Below are positions 48,308 through 58,299 of a stretch of 64,000 bases of DNA, one piece after another; the first letter of the stretch is position 1, and each line of letters begins with the position of its first letter. The position numbers and the translations under genes are program-made. The notes under the pieces were generated by a model. It did no database searches, was not told the origin of the DNA, and saw nothing but the letters and a program-made list of their open reading frames with translations. Source of the stretch: an uncultured Saprospirales bacterium (GTDB taxonomy: Bacteria; Bacteroidota; Bacteroidia; Chitinophagales; JADIYW01); contig CALLKF010000116.1 of the NCBI GenBank assembly GCA_938008535.1, positions 11,376 to 75,375 on the forward strand, given 5' to 3'.

Positions 48308-49216
48308 TTATTTTTTTTGAAATACAATACAACTCCAATTCTCTTTATTTGTGTGATAGTTAGCAATCAAATTATGTTCCAAAGCTGCATTTAAAATCAA
48401 GTGCGCATCTTCAGTATAAAAACCACTCACTAATAAATAACCATTATTAACAAGTAGTGTACTTAATTGCTGCATATTTTCGACTAAAAAATTGCGATGT
48501 ATATTTGCTAAAATACAATCAAATGTTGAGCTTTTCACTATTTGCAAGTCGCCGATTTCTGGTTTAACCTTTTTTGAATTATTTAAAGCGATATTTTCGA
48601 TGCAATTATTATAACACCATTCGTCATTATCGATGGCAATTATGTTTGTTGCGCCTAATTTTTCAGCTAAAAAAGCTAAAATACCAGTACCAGAACCAAT
48701 ATCTAAAATATTCTTATTTGCAAAATCTAACAAGCGCATATTTTGCATCATCTGCGAAGTAGTTGGATGATGACCAGTGCCGAAAGACATTTTGGGTTCG
48801 ATAATAATTTCGTGTTGAACGTTTTCATTTTTTGGATGAAAAGTTGCACGCACATTCACAAAATCATCAATTAAAATTGGTTGAAAATTGCTTTCCCATT
48901 GTTCGTTCCAATTTTTATTTTCTAAAGTTGAAATGGTAAATGCTATTTGTTGTTCAGCGCAAATTTCTTGAATGATTTTTTCAGCATTTGCTTTATTTGC
49001 TTCATCAACATAAATACAAATTTCGGTTTCTTTTTCTTCCAAACCTTCCATTTCTATTTCAGCAAATAAACCGGTAAATTCGTCTTTATCTATGTTATTT
49101 TCAAATGGCGAAATCGGTCGGTCTTTGTATTCTTTTGCGGTTATATTTTCTTCTTTCGTAGTAATACCATTTTGCAAAAAACGAGTTGGATAAGGTATAG
49201 TGAAGATTAGAGTCAT
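48308..49216 (-). CDS. prmA: Ribosomal protein L11 methyltransferase
   Basis: FGTGHHPTT and DIGSGTGILA motifs; 302 aa. Confidence 0.85.
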   Translation of the reverse strand: MTLIFTIPYPTRFLQNGITTKEENITAKEYKDRPISPFENNIDKDEFTGLFAEIEMEGLEEKETEICIYVDEANKANAEKIIQEICAEQQIAFTISTLENKNWNEQWESNFQPILIDDFVNVRATFHPKNENVQHEIIIEPKMSFGTGHHPTTSQMMQNMRLLDFANKNILDIGSGTGILAFLAEKLGATNIIAIDNDEWCYNNCIENIALNNSKKVKPEIGDLQIVKSSTFDCILANIHRNFLVENMQQLSTLLVNNGYLLVSGFYTEDAHLILNAALEHNLIANYHTNKENWSCIVFQKK

Positions 49217-49262
49217 GAGTTGTGAGTAGTAAGTTGTGAGAGAATATAGAATTAGATTCTTT

Positions 49263-50030
49263 TTATTTCATCGCTTTTATAATAGTCGAAAAATCATCTA
49301 CTTTTAGTGATGCGCCGCCAACTAACGCACCATCAATATCTGCACATTCAAATAATTCGGCTGCGTTTGCTGCGTTTACGCTTCCACCATAAAGTATGGA
49401 CATTTCTTTTGCAGTTTCACCGTTGAATTTTGCTGAAATTTCTTTTCTGATAAATGCATGCATTTCCTGCGCTTGTGCTGGCGAAGCGGTAACACCAGTG
49501 CCAATTGCCCAAATCGGTTCGTATGCAATTACACAATTTTTTATATCGTTTTCATTTACTTTAAAAATCGCATTTTCTAATTGTTCTTTCACAAACTCGA
49601 AATGTTTGTTGTTATCGCGCGTTTCCAATGTTTCGCCAACGCAAAAAATTGGAATCAAATTATGATTTTGTGCCTGGTTTATTTTCAGCAATAATTGTTC
49701 ATCGGTTTCTTTAAAATATTGTCTGCGTTCGCTGTGACCGATGATGACATATTCAACATATAAAGAAGCAATAATTTCTGCAGAAACTTCGCCAGTGTAA
49801 GCACCTTTTTCGTATTCGCTGCAATTTTGTGCAGCAGCTACTAAGTTTGGAAATTTGGCAAACATAGAAGCGCAATAATGTATGTACGGAAACGGTGACG
49901 CTACGACAACGATTTTATTTTCAGACAACCCATAATCGCTGTAGTTTGAGATTATGCCATTTACAATTGTAACTGCTTCATCTTTTGTTGCATTCATTTT
50001 CCAGTTTCCTGCAATTATTTTTTTTCTCAT
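49263..50030 (-). CDS. tpiA: Triosephosphate isomerase
   Basis: IAGNWKMN, IIGHSERR and AYEPIWAIGTG motifs. Confidence 0.95.
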   Translation of the reverse strand: MRKKIIAGNWKMNATKDEAVTIVNGIISNYSDYGLSENKIVVVASPFPYIHYCASMFAKFPNLVAAAQNCSEYEKGAYTGEVSAEIIASLYVEYVIIGHSERRQYFKETDEQLLLKINQAQNHNLIPIFCVGETLETRDNNKHFEFVKEQLENAIFKVNENDIKNCVIAYEPIWAIGTGVTASPAQAQEMHAFIRKEISAKFNGETAKEMSILYGGSVNAANAAELFECADIDGALVGGASLKVDDFSTIIKAMK

Positions 50031-50093
50031 AGTTTTGATTTTATTTCACGCAAAGACGCAAAGGTATTAAGACGCTGCGTTTTCAATGAATGA

Positions 50094-51272
50094 TTATTTG
50101 TTTCTATTATCAAAAATGTATTTCAAAATATTTTTATCATTTTCCGATAATTTAATTTGTCTGCGTTCCATCACGCGTTGTGCTACTTCGTATGCTTTTT
50201 CCAACTCAAAGACATCCGAGTTGCCCCAAGAAAAATCAGGAACAAACTTTGGTGGAAATCCAGCATCAATCACGTTTGCACACACGCCAACCACAGTGCC
50301 TGTGTTGAACTGTGTGTTGATGGCTGCTTTCGCATGGTCACCCATTATTAAACCGCAAAATTGCAAATTGGTATTGATGTATTTTTTTTCAGGATACGAC
50401 CACGCACTAACTTTTCCGTAATTATTTTTCAGGTTTGAATTATTCGTATCAGCACCTAAATTGCACCACTCACCTATTACTGAATTGCCTAAAAAACCAT
50501 CGTGTCCTTTATTAGAATATCCGAAAATTACTGAGTTAGAAACTTCACCACCAACTTTAGAATATTTGCCGATTGTAGTGTCACCATAAATTTTTGCCTG
50601 CATTTTTAAACTTGCATGTTCGCCTAAAGCAAATGGACCGCGAACGGTGCAACCTTCCATAATTTCGCTGTCTTTTCCTAAATAAATAGGTCCATCTTTT
50701 GCATTTAAAACAGAACACTCACAACTTACACCATCTTCTGCATAGATCTCATTTCCAAGTAAAGTGTTAGTTGATGATAATTTTTCTGGATTTGGTTTTA
50801 ATCCTAAAAGCAGAATATCATTTTTTATTTCTTGTCCATTCCACGAAAAAATATTCCACGGATTGGATAGAATTTGAAGATTTGATATGGTGGCAATTTG
50901 AAAATTGAGTTGATTAAATGCTGTTGCAAAATCATTTATAGAATTAATTTGTTGATTTGTTTGAAATGCAATTGTGGTTTCATTAATCATCAACGCAGTT
51001 TCTGATTTTAATGATTTAATTTCTTCTACAAGTTGAATGGTTGGTAGCACATTTGCGTTAATAAAAACTGTGTTTTCATTTTGGTTAAATGAATATTTTG
51101 GTTGTAAATAATCCTGAGTTAAAACATCAGTTTTAATATTGAGATATTTTTCCCATTTTTCTTTTATGGTTAAAATACCAATTCTGATATCGGCAACGGC
51201 CCGCGTGGCAGTAAGTGGCAACAAGTGATTTCGTTGATTGCCATCGAAAAGGACAATATGTTGAATAGACAT
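50094..51272 (-). CDS. GlmU-like putative sugar nucleotidyltransferase with left-handed beta-helix C-terminus
   Basis: N-terminus VLFDGNQRNHLLPLTATRAVADIRIG (NTP-transferase-like) and C-terminal hexapeptide-repeat pattern. The start was moved to the ATG at 51272, clear of the rpmE terminator. Confidence 0.7.
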   Translation of the reverse strand: MSIQHIVLFDGNQRNHLLPLTATRAVADIRIGILTIKEKWEKYLNIKTDVLTQDYLQPKYSFNQNENTVFINANVLPTIQLVEEIKSLKSETALMINETTIAFQTNQQINSINDFATAFNQLNFQIATISNLQILSNPWNIFSWNGQEIKNDILLLGLKPNPEKLSSTNTLLGNEIYAEDGVSCECSVLNAKDGPIYLGKDSEIMEGCTVRGPFALGEHASLKMQAKIYGDTTIGKYSKVGGEVSNSVIFGYSNKGHDGFLGNSVIGEWCNLGADTNNSNLKNNYGKVSAWSYPEKKYINTNLQFCGLIMGDHAKAAINTQFNTGTVVGVCANVIDAGFPPKFVPDFSWGNSDVFELEKAYEVAQRVMERRQIKLSENDKNILKYIFDNRNK

Positions 51273-51287
51273 GTTGTAAAAATAAAA

Positions 51288-51310
51288 AAGTCGCAACGTA
51301 AAGTTGCGAC
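51288..51310 (-). terminator. Intrinsic terminator downstream of rpmE
   Basis: agtcgcaac-gtaaa-gttgcgact forms a 9-bp perfect stem, followed on the minus strand by a T6 run. Confidence 0.75.
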
Positions 51311-51341
51311 TTTGATAAAATATCTTTGAAAATAATCTGAA

Positions 51342-51590
51342 TTATTTTTTTGCGTATTTTTTGTTGAATTTATCGATACGACCAGCTGTATCTAATAATT
51401 TTTGTTTTCCTGTATAATAAGGATGCGACATATTAGAAACCTCTAATTTCACTAAAGGATATTCGTTACCGTCTTCCCATTTGATGGTGTCGCGTGTGTT
51501 TGCACATGATTTTCCTAAAAACATGTGGTCACAAGAAAAATCTTTAAAAATAACAAATCTGTATTCTTTTGGATGGATATCTGCTCTCAT
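51342..51590 (-). CDS. rpmE: 50S ribosomal protein L31, type B (non-zinc form)
   Basis: [10 protein letters not shown]..., HPYYTGKQK; it lacks the CxxC pairs and has the extended C-terminus typical of type B. Confidence 0.9.
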   Translation of the reverse strand: MRADIHPKEYRFVIFKDFSCDHMFLGKSCANTRDTIKWEDGNEYPLVKLEVSNMSHPYYTGKQKLLDTAGRIDKFNKKYAKK

Positions 51591-51730
51591 AATAATTCTA
51601 TTTAAATTTTAAGACTGCGAAGATATAAATTAATTTGTGAATTTTAAAATTTGTCTTGAAAATTCAGGATTAAAAATGCTATTATTTAACAATAAATCTA
51701 CATTTTTTAGCTATAATATTAAATTCATCG

Positions 51731-52819
51731 TCACTTCTTGACGGTAATTTTGAGCGCACCACTTGTTTTCATGGTTGAAGTTAGCGATACATTTTGGATT
51801 TTTTTACCATCTTTAATGGTAATGGATGCTGTATTTGGTGGTTCTTTTCCTAAGTTTATAGCATCTAAAACCAAGTAATTTTTTTCTTTTTCTAAATGAA
51901 CTGAAATTGATTTTTTGATTTTTGTCAGCAGTTGATTTTGTAAAATCGGTTTTTTGTTGATATACAAATTTATGGAATCTCCATCTTCAGTATATCTGTC
52001 CCAATATTCTATTACAATATCTGGACTACTTACATCGATTTCGTCTTTTACATAAACTGGTCTCATTTTTACTTCTTCAAACGTATCAACAATTGGCGCT
52101 CTATCTTCGTTTTTAGCAGTAATTTGCGTTTCTGTTTTTTGTTCTGGCTTTGGTATTTCAGTTGGTACACTTTTATCTTCATTAACTATTTCAGGCACTG
52201 AAGTTGTTGTGGTTGTTTCTATAGTTACTAGTTTTGAGGTATTTGTTTTGGCAACTGCTAATTCATCTGGTGTTATAATCTTTGTTAAGTCAGTTTTTGG
52301 CGTTTCAGGTTTTTTGGTTTTCTGCTCATAATCTTTCCAGTTTTGATCAAATTCGGCAGTCATGTCGCTATACATCACTTTATGTAAATAAGAAGAACGT
52401 AAACAAGCAAACATTTCTTTTTGGAAATAACGAACCTTGCAGTTATTCTTTTTAATTTCAGATTGGAGCCATGTATCTGTAAAAGTCAGCTCATTTTCGT
52501 CATCATTCAAGTCCCAAACTCCATTTAAGCAATCAATCCAATTGTTTCCGCCATTTTCTTTCATTAAAAAAATAGCCGTAATCTCTAAATACTTTTTATT
52601 ACAAATATTTCCACTTACCTGATATTGGCCATAATAATCACCATCTGTAATTTTTAACTGCGCAGAAAAAATTTCACCAGGCATTTTTTGCAAATCCATT
52701 TCCACATCATAAGAGTTATGAATATATTGTATAAACGTTCCGAACCATTTTCCTTCAATATCTTGAGAAAATGAAGTAAGAGTGCCGAATAAAAATAAAA
52801 CCAGAAATAATTTTTTCAC
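51731..52819 (-). CDS. Hypothetical secreted protein
   Basis: A GTG start at 52819 gives VKKLFLVLFLFGTLTSFSQ (signal peptide). The central region is Thr/Pro/Glu-rich; no motif recognised. Confidence 0.5.
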   Translation of the reverse strand: MKKLFLVLFLFGTLTSFSQDIEGKWFGTFIQYIHNSYDVEMDLQKMPGEIFSAQLKITDGDYYGQYQVSGNICNKKYLEITAIFLMKENGGNNWIDCLNGVWDLNDDENELTFTDTWLQSEIKKNNCKVRYFQKEMFACLRSSYLHKVMYSDMTAEFDQNWKDYEQKTKKPETPKTDLTKIITPDELAVAKTNTSKLVTIETTTTTSVPEIVNEDKSVPTEIPKPEQKTETQITAKNEDRAPIVDTFEEVKMRPVYVKDEIDVSSPDIVIEYWDRYTEDGDSINLYINKKPILQNQLLTKIKKSISVHLEKEKNYLVLDAINLGKEPPNTASITIKDGKKIQNVSLTSTMKTSGALKITVKK

Positions 52820-52962
52820 GAGTGCAAAGTAATTGAATTTGATATTGTCTATCAAATCATTTGCCAAACATTATGTTGATAAAACTTTGGATGATTAGTC
52901 ATTAGATAATTGGTCATTATTTATTTCTTAACTGCATTTTTATATTGTCCAATAACTATTGA

Positions 52963-53559
52963 CTATTTAGTGCTTAATTTCGTTTGCTTAATGTATTCCA
53001 TGATTTCGTTTCCACCTCTATTTTTTTCAGAGGAAGTTAAGAAAAATGGCGGCAAACCTTCCCAATTTTCAAGCATTTTAGCTTTGAAATTTTTCATATT
53101 TTTTTGCACCTGCAATGCTTTCTCTTTATCCGATTTAGTAAAAATAATTGCAAACTGAATGCGATTTTGTCCAAGCCAATCGATAAATTCTAAATCTATT
53201 TTCTGTGGCGAAATACTGCTGTCAATCAATAAAAAAACTGTAACTAATTGTTCTCTTTTGGATAGATAATATCGAATCATTTTATCAAAAACAGCTCGTG
53301 TAGTTTTAGATAATTTTGCATAACCGTAACCAGGCAAATCGACCAAATGCCAATTTTCATCAATTAGAAAAAAATTAAGCATTTGCGTTTTTCCAGGTGT
53401 TTTCGATACTTTCGCCAATTCTTTTCTATTCGTTAATAGATTAATTAGTGAAGATTTTCCTACATTACTTCTACCTATAAATGCAAACTCAGGCAATTCT
53501 GACTGCGGACAATCGTCTGTTTTGGGAAATGAACCAATAAATTTTGCGGATTGAATCAA
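52963..53559 (-). CDS. engB: Ribosome-biogenesis GTPase YihA/EngB
   Basis: G1 GRSNVGKSSLIN, G3 DLPGYG, G4 TKSDK. Confidence 0.9.
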   Translation of the reverse strand: MIQSAKFIGSFPKTDDCPQSELPEFAFIGRSNVGKSSLINLLTNRKELAKVSKTPGKTQMLNFFLIDENWHLVDLPGYGYAKLSKTTRAVFDKMIRYYLSKREQLVTVFLLIDSSISPQKIDLEFIDWLGQNRIQFAIIFTKSDKEKALQVQKNMKNFKAKMLENWEGLPPFFLTSSEKNRGGNEIMEYIKQTKLSTK

Positions 53560-53636
53560 TTTTAGTGTTATTTAATACAAAGATGAATACAATTTTTGAT
53601 AGAATGGCTGTTATTTTTTTACTTTTGTGTGAAATA

Positions 53637-53773
53637 GTCGTGAGTCGTGAGTTGTGAGTCGTAAGAAAATTATAGAACTTGCAATTGTTAGATATTTTTT
53701 TAGAACTAATAATTTTATTTTTTGTTAGGATTTTAAAATTTCAACTCATCACTCACGACAAATAACTTACGAC
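53637..53773. repeat. Word-repeat element in the engB/ubiE divergent spacer
   Basis: Left arm gtcgtgagtcgtgagttgtgagtcgtaag and right arm caactcatcactcacgacaaataacttacgac contain complementary blocks. The centre carries two direct copies of TAGAACT...TTGTTAG(A/G). Confidence 0.55.
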
Positions 53774-53777
53774 TTTC

Positions 53778-54494
53778 ATGGGTACACCTTTAACACCATA
53801 TAACACAAGCGATAGCAAAAAAGAGCAAGTAGCTACTATGTTTAATAATGTGGCAGGCACTTACGATTTCTTAAATCACTTTTTTTCGTTAGGAATTGAT
53901 AAACTTTGGCGCAGAAAATTGGTAAAACTAATTGGCCTATCCAATCCAGAAATGATTTTAGATGTAGCAACAGGCACAGCTGATTTGGCAATTGCAGAAG
54001 CGAAATTGAATCCTGAAAAAATTATAGGCGTTGATATTTCTGAAAAAATGCTGAACGTTGGTCGCGAAAAGATAAAAAAATATCCTAATATCGAATTGCA
54101 ACTAGGTGATAGCGAAAATCTGCAATTTGAGACAGATACATTTGATGCAGTTTCTGTTTCATTTGGTGTGCGCAATTTTGAAAATGTAATTGCTGGTTTA
54201 ACCGAAATGAAACGCGTATTAAAACCTGAAGGGAAAATTTTTATTTTAGAATTTTCGAAACCAAAAAATTGGTTCATACAAAAAATATACTATTTTTATT
54301 TTTGTACTATTTTGCCATTTGTTGGAAAGATAGTATCAAAAGATGCAAGTGCTTATTCTTATTTGCCTGAGTCGGTGAAACTGTTTCCTGATGGCGAAAA
54401 GTTTGTAGCGCTGATGCACAATGTTGGATTTAAAAATATAGAATGCAAACCACTAACTTTTGGTATCAGTACCATTTATATAGCAAAAAAATAA
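53778..54494 (+). CDS. ubiE: Demethylmenaquinone/ubiquinone C-methyltransferase UbiE/MenG
   Basis: YDFLNHFFSLGIDKLWR, LDVATGTADLA and the SFGVRN motif. Confidence 0.9.
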   Translation: MGTPLTPYNTSDSKKEQVATMFNNVAGTYDFLNHFFSLGIDKLWRRKLVKLIGLSNPEMILDVATGTADLAIAEAKLNPEKIIGVDISEKMLNVGREKIKKYPNIELQLGDSENLQFETDTFDAVSVSFGVRNFENVIAGLTEMKRVLKPEGKIFILEFSKPKNWFIQKIYYFYFCTILPFVGKIVSKDASAYSYLPESVKLFPDGEKFVALMHNVGFKNIECKPLTFGISTIYIAKK

Positions 54495-55174
54495 TTTCAT
54501 TATTGTTATTTTCTGCTTTGTGCATGTGCAGTTTTGCGCAACGCAATGTGATGGAAAATGATTTAAAGTTTGCCAGAAAACCATATCATTTCGGTATTCA
54601 TTTAGCAGCTAATTTTGGCGATTTAAAAGTGAAACAAAATGCTGCGTTTGCACTAAGTGACAGTATTTTGTCTATCAAATCAAAATATGGAATTGGATTC
54701 GAAATTGGCGCAGTCATCAGCTATCATATCAATAAATATTTTGAATTTAGAACAGTTCCAAGTTTTGCTTTTAATAATAAAAATCTGATTTATCAATTTG
54801 CAGACTTGTCAAATGCTGACAAGAAGTCTCTTCCACAAATTTATTTTGATTTACCGTTTGAAATTAAATTTAAGTCGGAACCACTAAAAGATGTAAAAAT
54901 TTATGCGTTGGCAGGAATCAAATATGGATATGATATTGGTGCCAATTTTAAAGACAGAAAAAAAGATAATATGCCACATCAATTGCAACATGATTTTGGT
55001 GTTGATTATGGTATTGGCTTAGAAATACATTTTCCATTATTTATTTTAGCACCAGAATTTAAAGTGTTTAATTCTGTATTGAATATTCATAAAAAAGAAA
55101 ACGGTGTTTACTCAAAATATATTGATGGTTTGCACAACCGAACATTTACATTTTCTCTGAATTTTGAAGGATAG
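54443..55174 (+). CDS. PorT-family-like outer-membrane beta-barrel protein (start uncertain)
   Basis: Signal peptide LLLFSALCMCSFAQ, then alternating beta-strand pattern ending in an aromatic residue (FSLNFEG). The only in-frame ATG (54443) overlaps ubiE by 52 nt. Confidence 0.5.
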   Translation: MQTTNFWYQYHLYSKKIISLLLFSALCMCSFAQRNVMENDLKFARKPYHFGIHLAANFGDLKVKQNAAFALSDSILSIKSKYGIGFEIGAVISYHINKYFEFRTVPSFAFNNKNLIYQFADLSNADKKSLPQIYFDLPFEIKFKSEPLKDVKIYALAGIKYGYDIGANFKDRKKDNMPHQLQHDFGVDYGIGLEIHFPLFILAPEFKVFNSVLNIHKKENGVYSKYIDGLHNRTFTFSLNFEG

Positions 55175-55181
55175 GTTATTT

Positions 55182-55811
55182 TTATTTCAAACCATCTAAC
55201 TTTTCTTTGATAGATAGCTTTACTGTATTCATCGCATTTTCAAAACTAACATTATTGTTTACAACAATATCACAATGTGGTTTATATGGCAAGATAAATT
55301 TCTGATACGATGGAAATACATGATGCTGATAACGATACAACACATCTTCTAACGGATAATTTCGTTCAATTTGATCACGTTGAATTCTGCGAATTAATTT
55401 AATGTGTTCATCAGCATCAATAAAAATTTTAAAATCCATTAAGTTAGAAACATCTAAAAAATGAAACACAAAAATACCTTCAATAATTATGATTGGCGCA
55501 GGTTTATAAATAATTAGTTTTGGCTCAGCCAACGGATTATTGTACACATATTCTTTCAGAACTACATCTTCACCATTCAATAATTTCAACACATCATCAT
55601 GGTATTCCTGTTCTTTAAATGATTCAGGTAAATCGAAATTCTTTTCACCAGTATTATCTGTTACTTGCTCTTCACGCGGTTTATAGTAATTATCTTGACT
55701 CAAAATACAAACTTGTTCTTTAGAGAAATTGTTTGCCAATTCTTTTACAAAAGTAGTTTTACCGCTACCGCTTCCGCCAGAAATTCCTATGATGAATGGT
55801 TTTTGTATCAT
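55182..55811 (-). CDS. udk: Uridine kinase
   Basis: P-loop [12 protein letters not shown]; the start was moved to MIQKPFIIG (ATG at 55811). Confidence 0.9.
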   Translation of the reverse strand: MIQKPFIIGISGGSGSGKTTFVKELANNFSKEQVCILSQDNYYKPREEQVTDNTGEKNFDLPESFKEQEYHDDVLKLLNGEDVVLKEYVYNNPLAEPKLIIYKPAPIIIIEGIFVFHFLDVSNLMDFKIFIDADEHIKLIRRIQRDQIERNYPLEDVLYRYQHHVFPSYQKFILPYKPHCDIVVNNNVSFENAMNTVKLSIKEKLDGLK

Positions 55812-55884
55812 GATGTTTATAAAAAAGTTTATCAAAACTAATCAATCGAAATTATCTTACCTATTTTTAGTGAAAATTTTTAAT

Positions 55885-56796
55885 ATGCAATTATTGGATG
55901 GCAAAAAATTAGCCACTGAAATCAAACTTGAAATCGCAGAAGAAGTACGCAAAATAAAAGCTGCTGGCAAAAAAATTCCTCATTTGGTTGCAGTGTTGGT
56001 TGGCGAAGATGGTGCTAGCCAAACGTATGTTGCAAGCAAAGTAAAATCGTGTGAAGAAGTTGGATTTAAGTCAACGCTTTTTAAACTAAAAAAAGATATT
56101 ACTGAAAACGAATTACTGACCAAAATTAATTTGCTGAACAACGACGATTCTGTTGATGGTTTTATTGTGCAGTTGCCGTTACCAAAACACATTAATGAAG
56201 AAAAAATTATGTTGGCAATTGCACCAGAAAAAGATGTAGATGGTTTTCATCCAACGAATGTTGGACGAATGACATTGAATTTACCAAGTTACGTTTCGGC
56301 AACGCCAAAAGGAATTTTAGAAATGCTGAATCGTTATAATATTGAAACTGAAGGAAAACATTGTGTGGTAATTGGACGAAGCAATATAGTAGGTTTGCCA
56401 ATGAGTTTGCTGATGCAACGACGCAGCAATCCAGGCAATTGCACGGTTACTATTTGTCACAGCAAAACCAACGATTTAGCAAAATATACCTTACAAGCCG
56501 ATATTATAATTGCTGCGTTAGGGAAGCCAAAATTTTTAACAGCTGATATGGTGAAAAAAGGCGCGGTTGTTATAGATGTTGGCATTACGCGCGTTGCTGA
56601 CGCTTCAACAAAATCTGGATTTAAATTATTAGGTGATGTTGATTTTGAGCATGTACAAAAAAAATGCAGTTACATTTCTCCAGTTCCTGGTGGTGTTGGC
56701 TTGATGACGGTTGTTTCTCTTTTGCAAAATACACTGAGTGCTGCGAAAGAAGAATTTTATAAAAAAAGTATGAGTTTTGGATTGGATGAATTGTAA
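55885..56796 (+). CDS. folD: Bifunctional methylenetetrahydrofolate dehydrogenase/cyclohydrolase
   Basis: [10 protein letters not shown] start, [34 protein letters not shown] and PVPGGVG motifs. Confidence 0.9.
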   Translation: MQLLDGKKLATEIKLEIAEEVRKIKAAGKKIPHLVAVLVGEDGASQTYVASKVKSCEEVGFKSTLFKLKKDITENELLTKINLLNNDDSVDGFIVQLPLPKHINEEKIMLAIAPEKDVDGFHPTNVGRMTLNLPSYVSATPKGILEMLNRYNIETEGKHCVVIGRSNIVGLPMSLLMQRRSNPGNCTVTICHSKTNDLAKYTLQADIIIAALGKPKFLTADMVKKGAVVIDVGITRVADASTKSGFKLLGDVDFEHVQKKCSYISPVPGGVGLMTVVSLLQNTLSAAKEEFYKKSMSFGLDEL

Positions 56797-56874
56797 AATA
56801 GATTTGGGATTTCAGAATTGAGATTCGAAATTTAAAATGTAAATGTAATTCGTGTAAGAAAATTGTGTAATGAA

Positions 56875-57642
56875 TTACAACTCAGGATTTTTCACTATAA
56901 AAAACGGATTTAGTAAATTTTCTCGGTTGTATAAAAGTGGCTCGTTGTTACCGAAACGCAAGACTTCAGCACCAGCTTCCGTAGCAACAATTTGACCAGC
57001 ACAAGTGTCCCATTCCATCGTTGGTCCAAGTCGAGGATAGACATCGGCTTTGCCTTCTGCAAGCAAACAAAACTTAAGTGAACTGCCTGCTGCAACAAAT
57101 TCAACGTTTGCAAATCTTGTTTTTTGTTGTTTTACATACGCTAATAATTCTGGTGTTTGATGTGAGCGTGAACCAACAATTTTCAACATACCATCTTCTG
57201 CTAATTTTCTAATTTTTAATGCAGTTGTAATTCCATTATCAATTTTGAAACTACCTTTATTTTTTTCAGCATAATAAGTAATATTTTGTGCAGGAACATA
57301 TACTACACCAAGCACTGGAATTCCATGTTCAACTAATGCAATATTAACGGTAAACTCACCATTTTTTTTAATAAACTCTTTTGTGCCATCTAACGGATCA
57401 ACAATCCAGCATTTCGTCCAATTTTTTCGTTCTGAAAAATCAGTTAACTTATTTTCTTCTGAAATAATAGGAATTGAATTATCTAAATTTTTTAAACCTG
57501 CAACAATAATTTCGTTTGCATTTTTATCAGCTAATGTAAGAGGCGAATCATCACTTTTTATTTCAACAGTAAAATCGTGTTTGTAAATTTCTATAATGGC
57601 ATTACCAGCATTTATTGCTATTTTGATGATGTTATCTATCAT
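56875..57642 (-). CDS. cysQ: 3'(2'),5'-bisphosphate nucleotidase CysQ
   Basis: Inositol-monophosphatase-family motifs WIVDPLDGTKEF and MEWDTCAG. Confidence 0.85.
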   Translation of the reverse strand: MIDNIIKIAINAGNAIIEIYKHDFTVEIKSDDSPLTLADKNANEIIVAGLKNLDNSIPIISEENKLTDFSERKNWTKCWIVDPLDGTKEFIKKNGEFTVNIALVEHGIPVLGVVYVPAQNITYYAEKNKGSFKIDNGITTALKIRKLAEDGMLKIVGSRSHQTPELLAYVKQQKTRFANVEFVAAGSSLKFCLLAEGKADVYPRLGPTMEWDTCAGQIVATEAGAEVLRFGNNEPLLYNRENLLNPFFIVKNPEL

Positions 57643-57716
57643 TTATTTTGTGCGATTTAAGATTTACGATTTTGAATAATACAAAAGGTAAAACTATCAT
57701 TATAATTATGTTTGAA

Positions 57717-58265
57717 TTAGAAATTAAAAACAGCGTTTTCAACAGTTGGATTATCTTTGTCTTTTTCGCTCAAAATCACATCTTTTTCATCAATTTTCCA
57801 ATCTATATTCAATTTAGCATCGTTGTAAGCAATACCACCTTCTGATGCTTTATCATAGTAATTATCACATTTATATAAAAATTCGCAGGTTTCTGAAAGC
57901 ACCACAAAACCATGTGCAAAGCCACGTGGAATTAATAATTGTAATTTATTTTCTGCTGATAATTCTAATGAATAATGTTGTAGAAACGTTGGTGAATCTT
58001 TGCGAATATCAACTACTACATCTAATACTTTTCCTTGTGTAACTCGCACTAATTTTGCTTGTGCAAATGGACTATTTTGGAAATGTAATCCACGCAAAAC
58101 ACCGTAAGAAGATTTGGAGTGATTATCTTGAATAAAATTATAATTTAAGCCAGCGTCTTCTAATTTTTTGGAATTAAAACTTTCGAAAAAGAAACCTCTG
58201 TTGTCAGCAAAGACAGTTGGTTCGATAATGTATAAATCTTTTAAAGGTGTTTCAATAATTTTCAC
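57717..58265 (-). CDS. rfbC: dTDP-4-dehydrorhamnose 3,5-epimerase
   Basis: FADNRGFFFESF, GVLRGLHFQ and PRGFAHGF motifs. Confidence 0.9.
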   Translation of the reverse strand: MKIIETPLKDLYIIEPTVFADNRGFFFESFNSKKLEDAGLNYNFIQDNHSKSSYGVLRGLHFQNSPFAQAKLVRVTQGKVLDVVVDIRKDSPTFLQHYSLELSAENKLQLLIPRGFAHGFVVLSETCEFLYKCDNYYDKASEGGIAYNDAKLNIDWKIDEKDVILSEKDKDNPTVENAVFNF

Positions 58266-58299
58266 GTACAGCGTATTATTATGGAATTATATAAATTGT

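Noticed and set aside
50041-50093. Terminator call for the cacgcaaagacgcaaagg...gacgctgcgtttt spacer
   Set aside because: Only short (4-5 bp) or widely spaced complementary segments could be paired. I kept it as a member of the word-repeat spacers rather than a supported terminator.
55729-55884. N-terminal 52 aa of ORF 55729..56796, considered as a real FolD extension or a separate gene
   Set aside because: It is the reverse-frame shadow of the udk P-loop region. FolD begins at the conserved [10 protein letters not shown] (55885).
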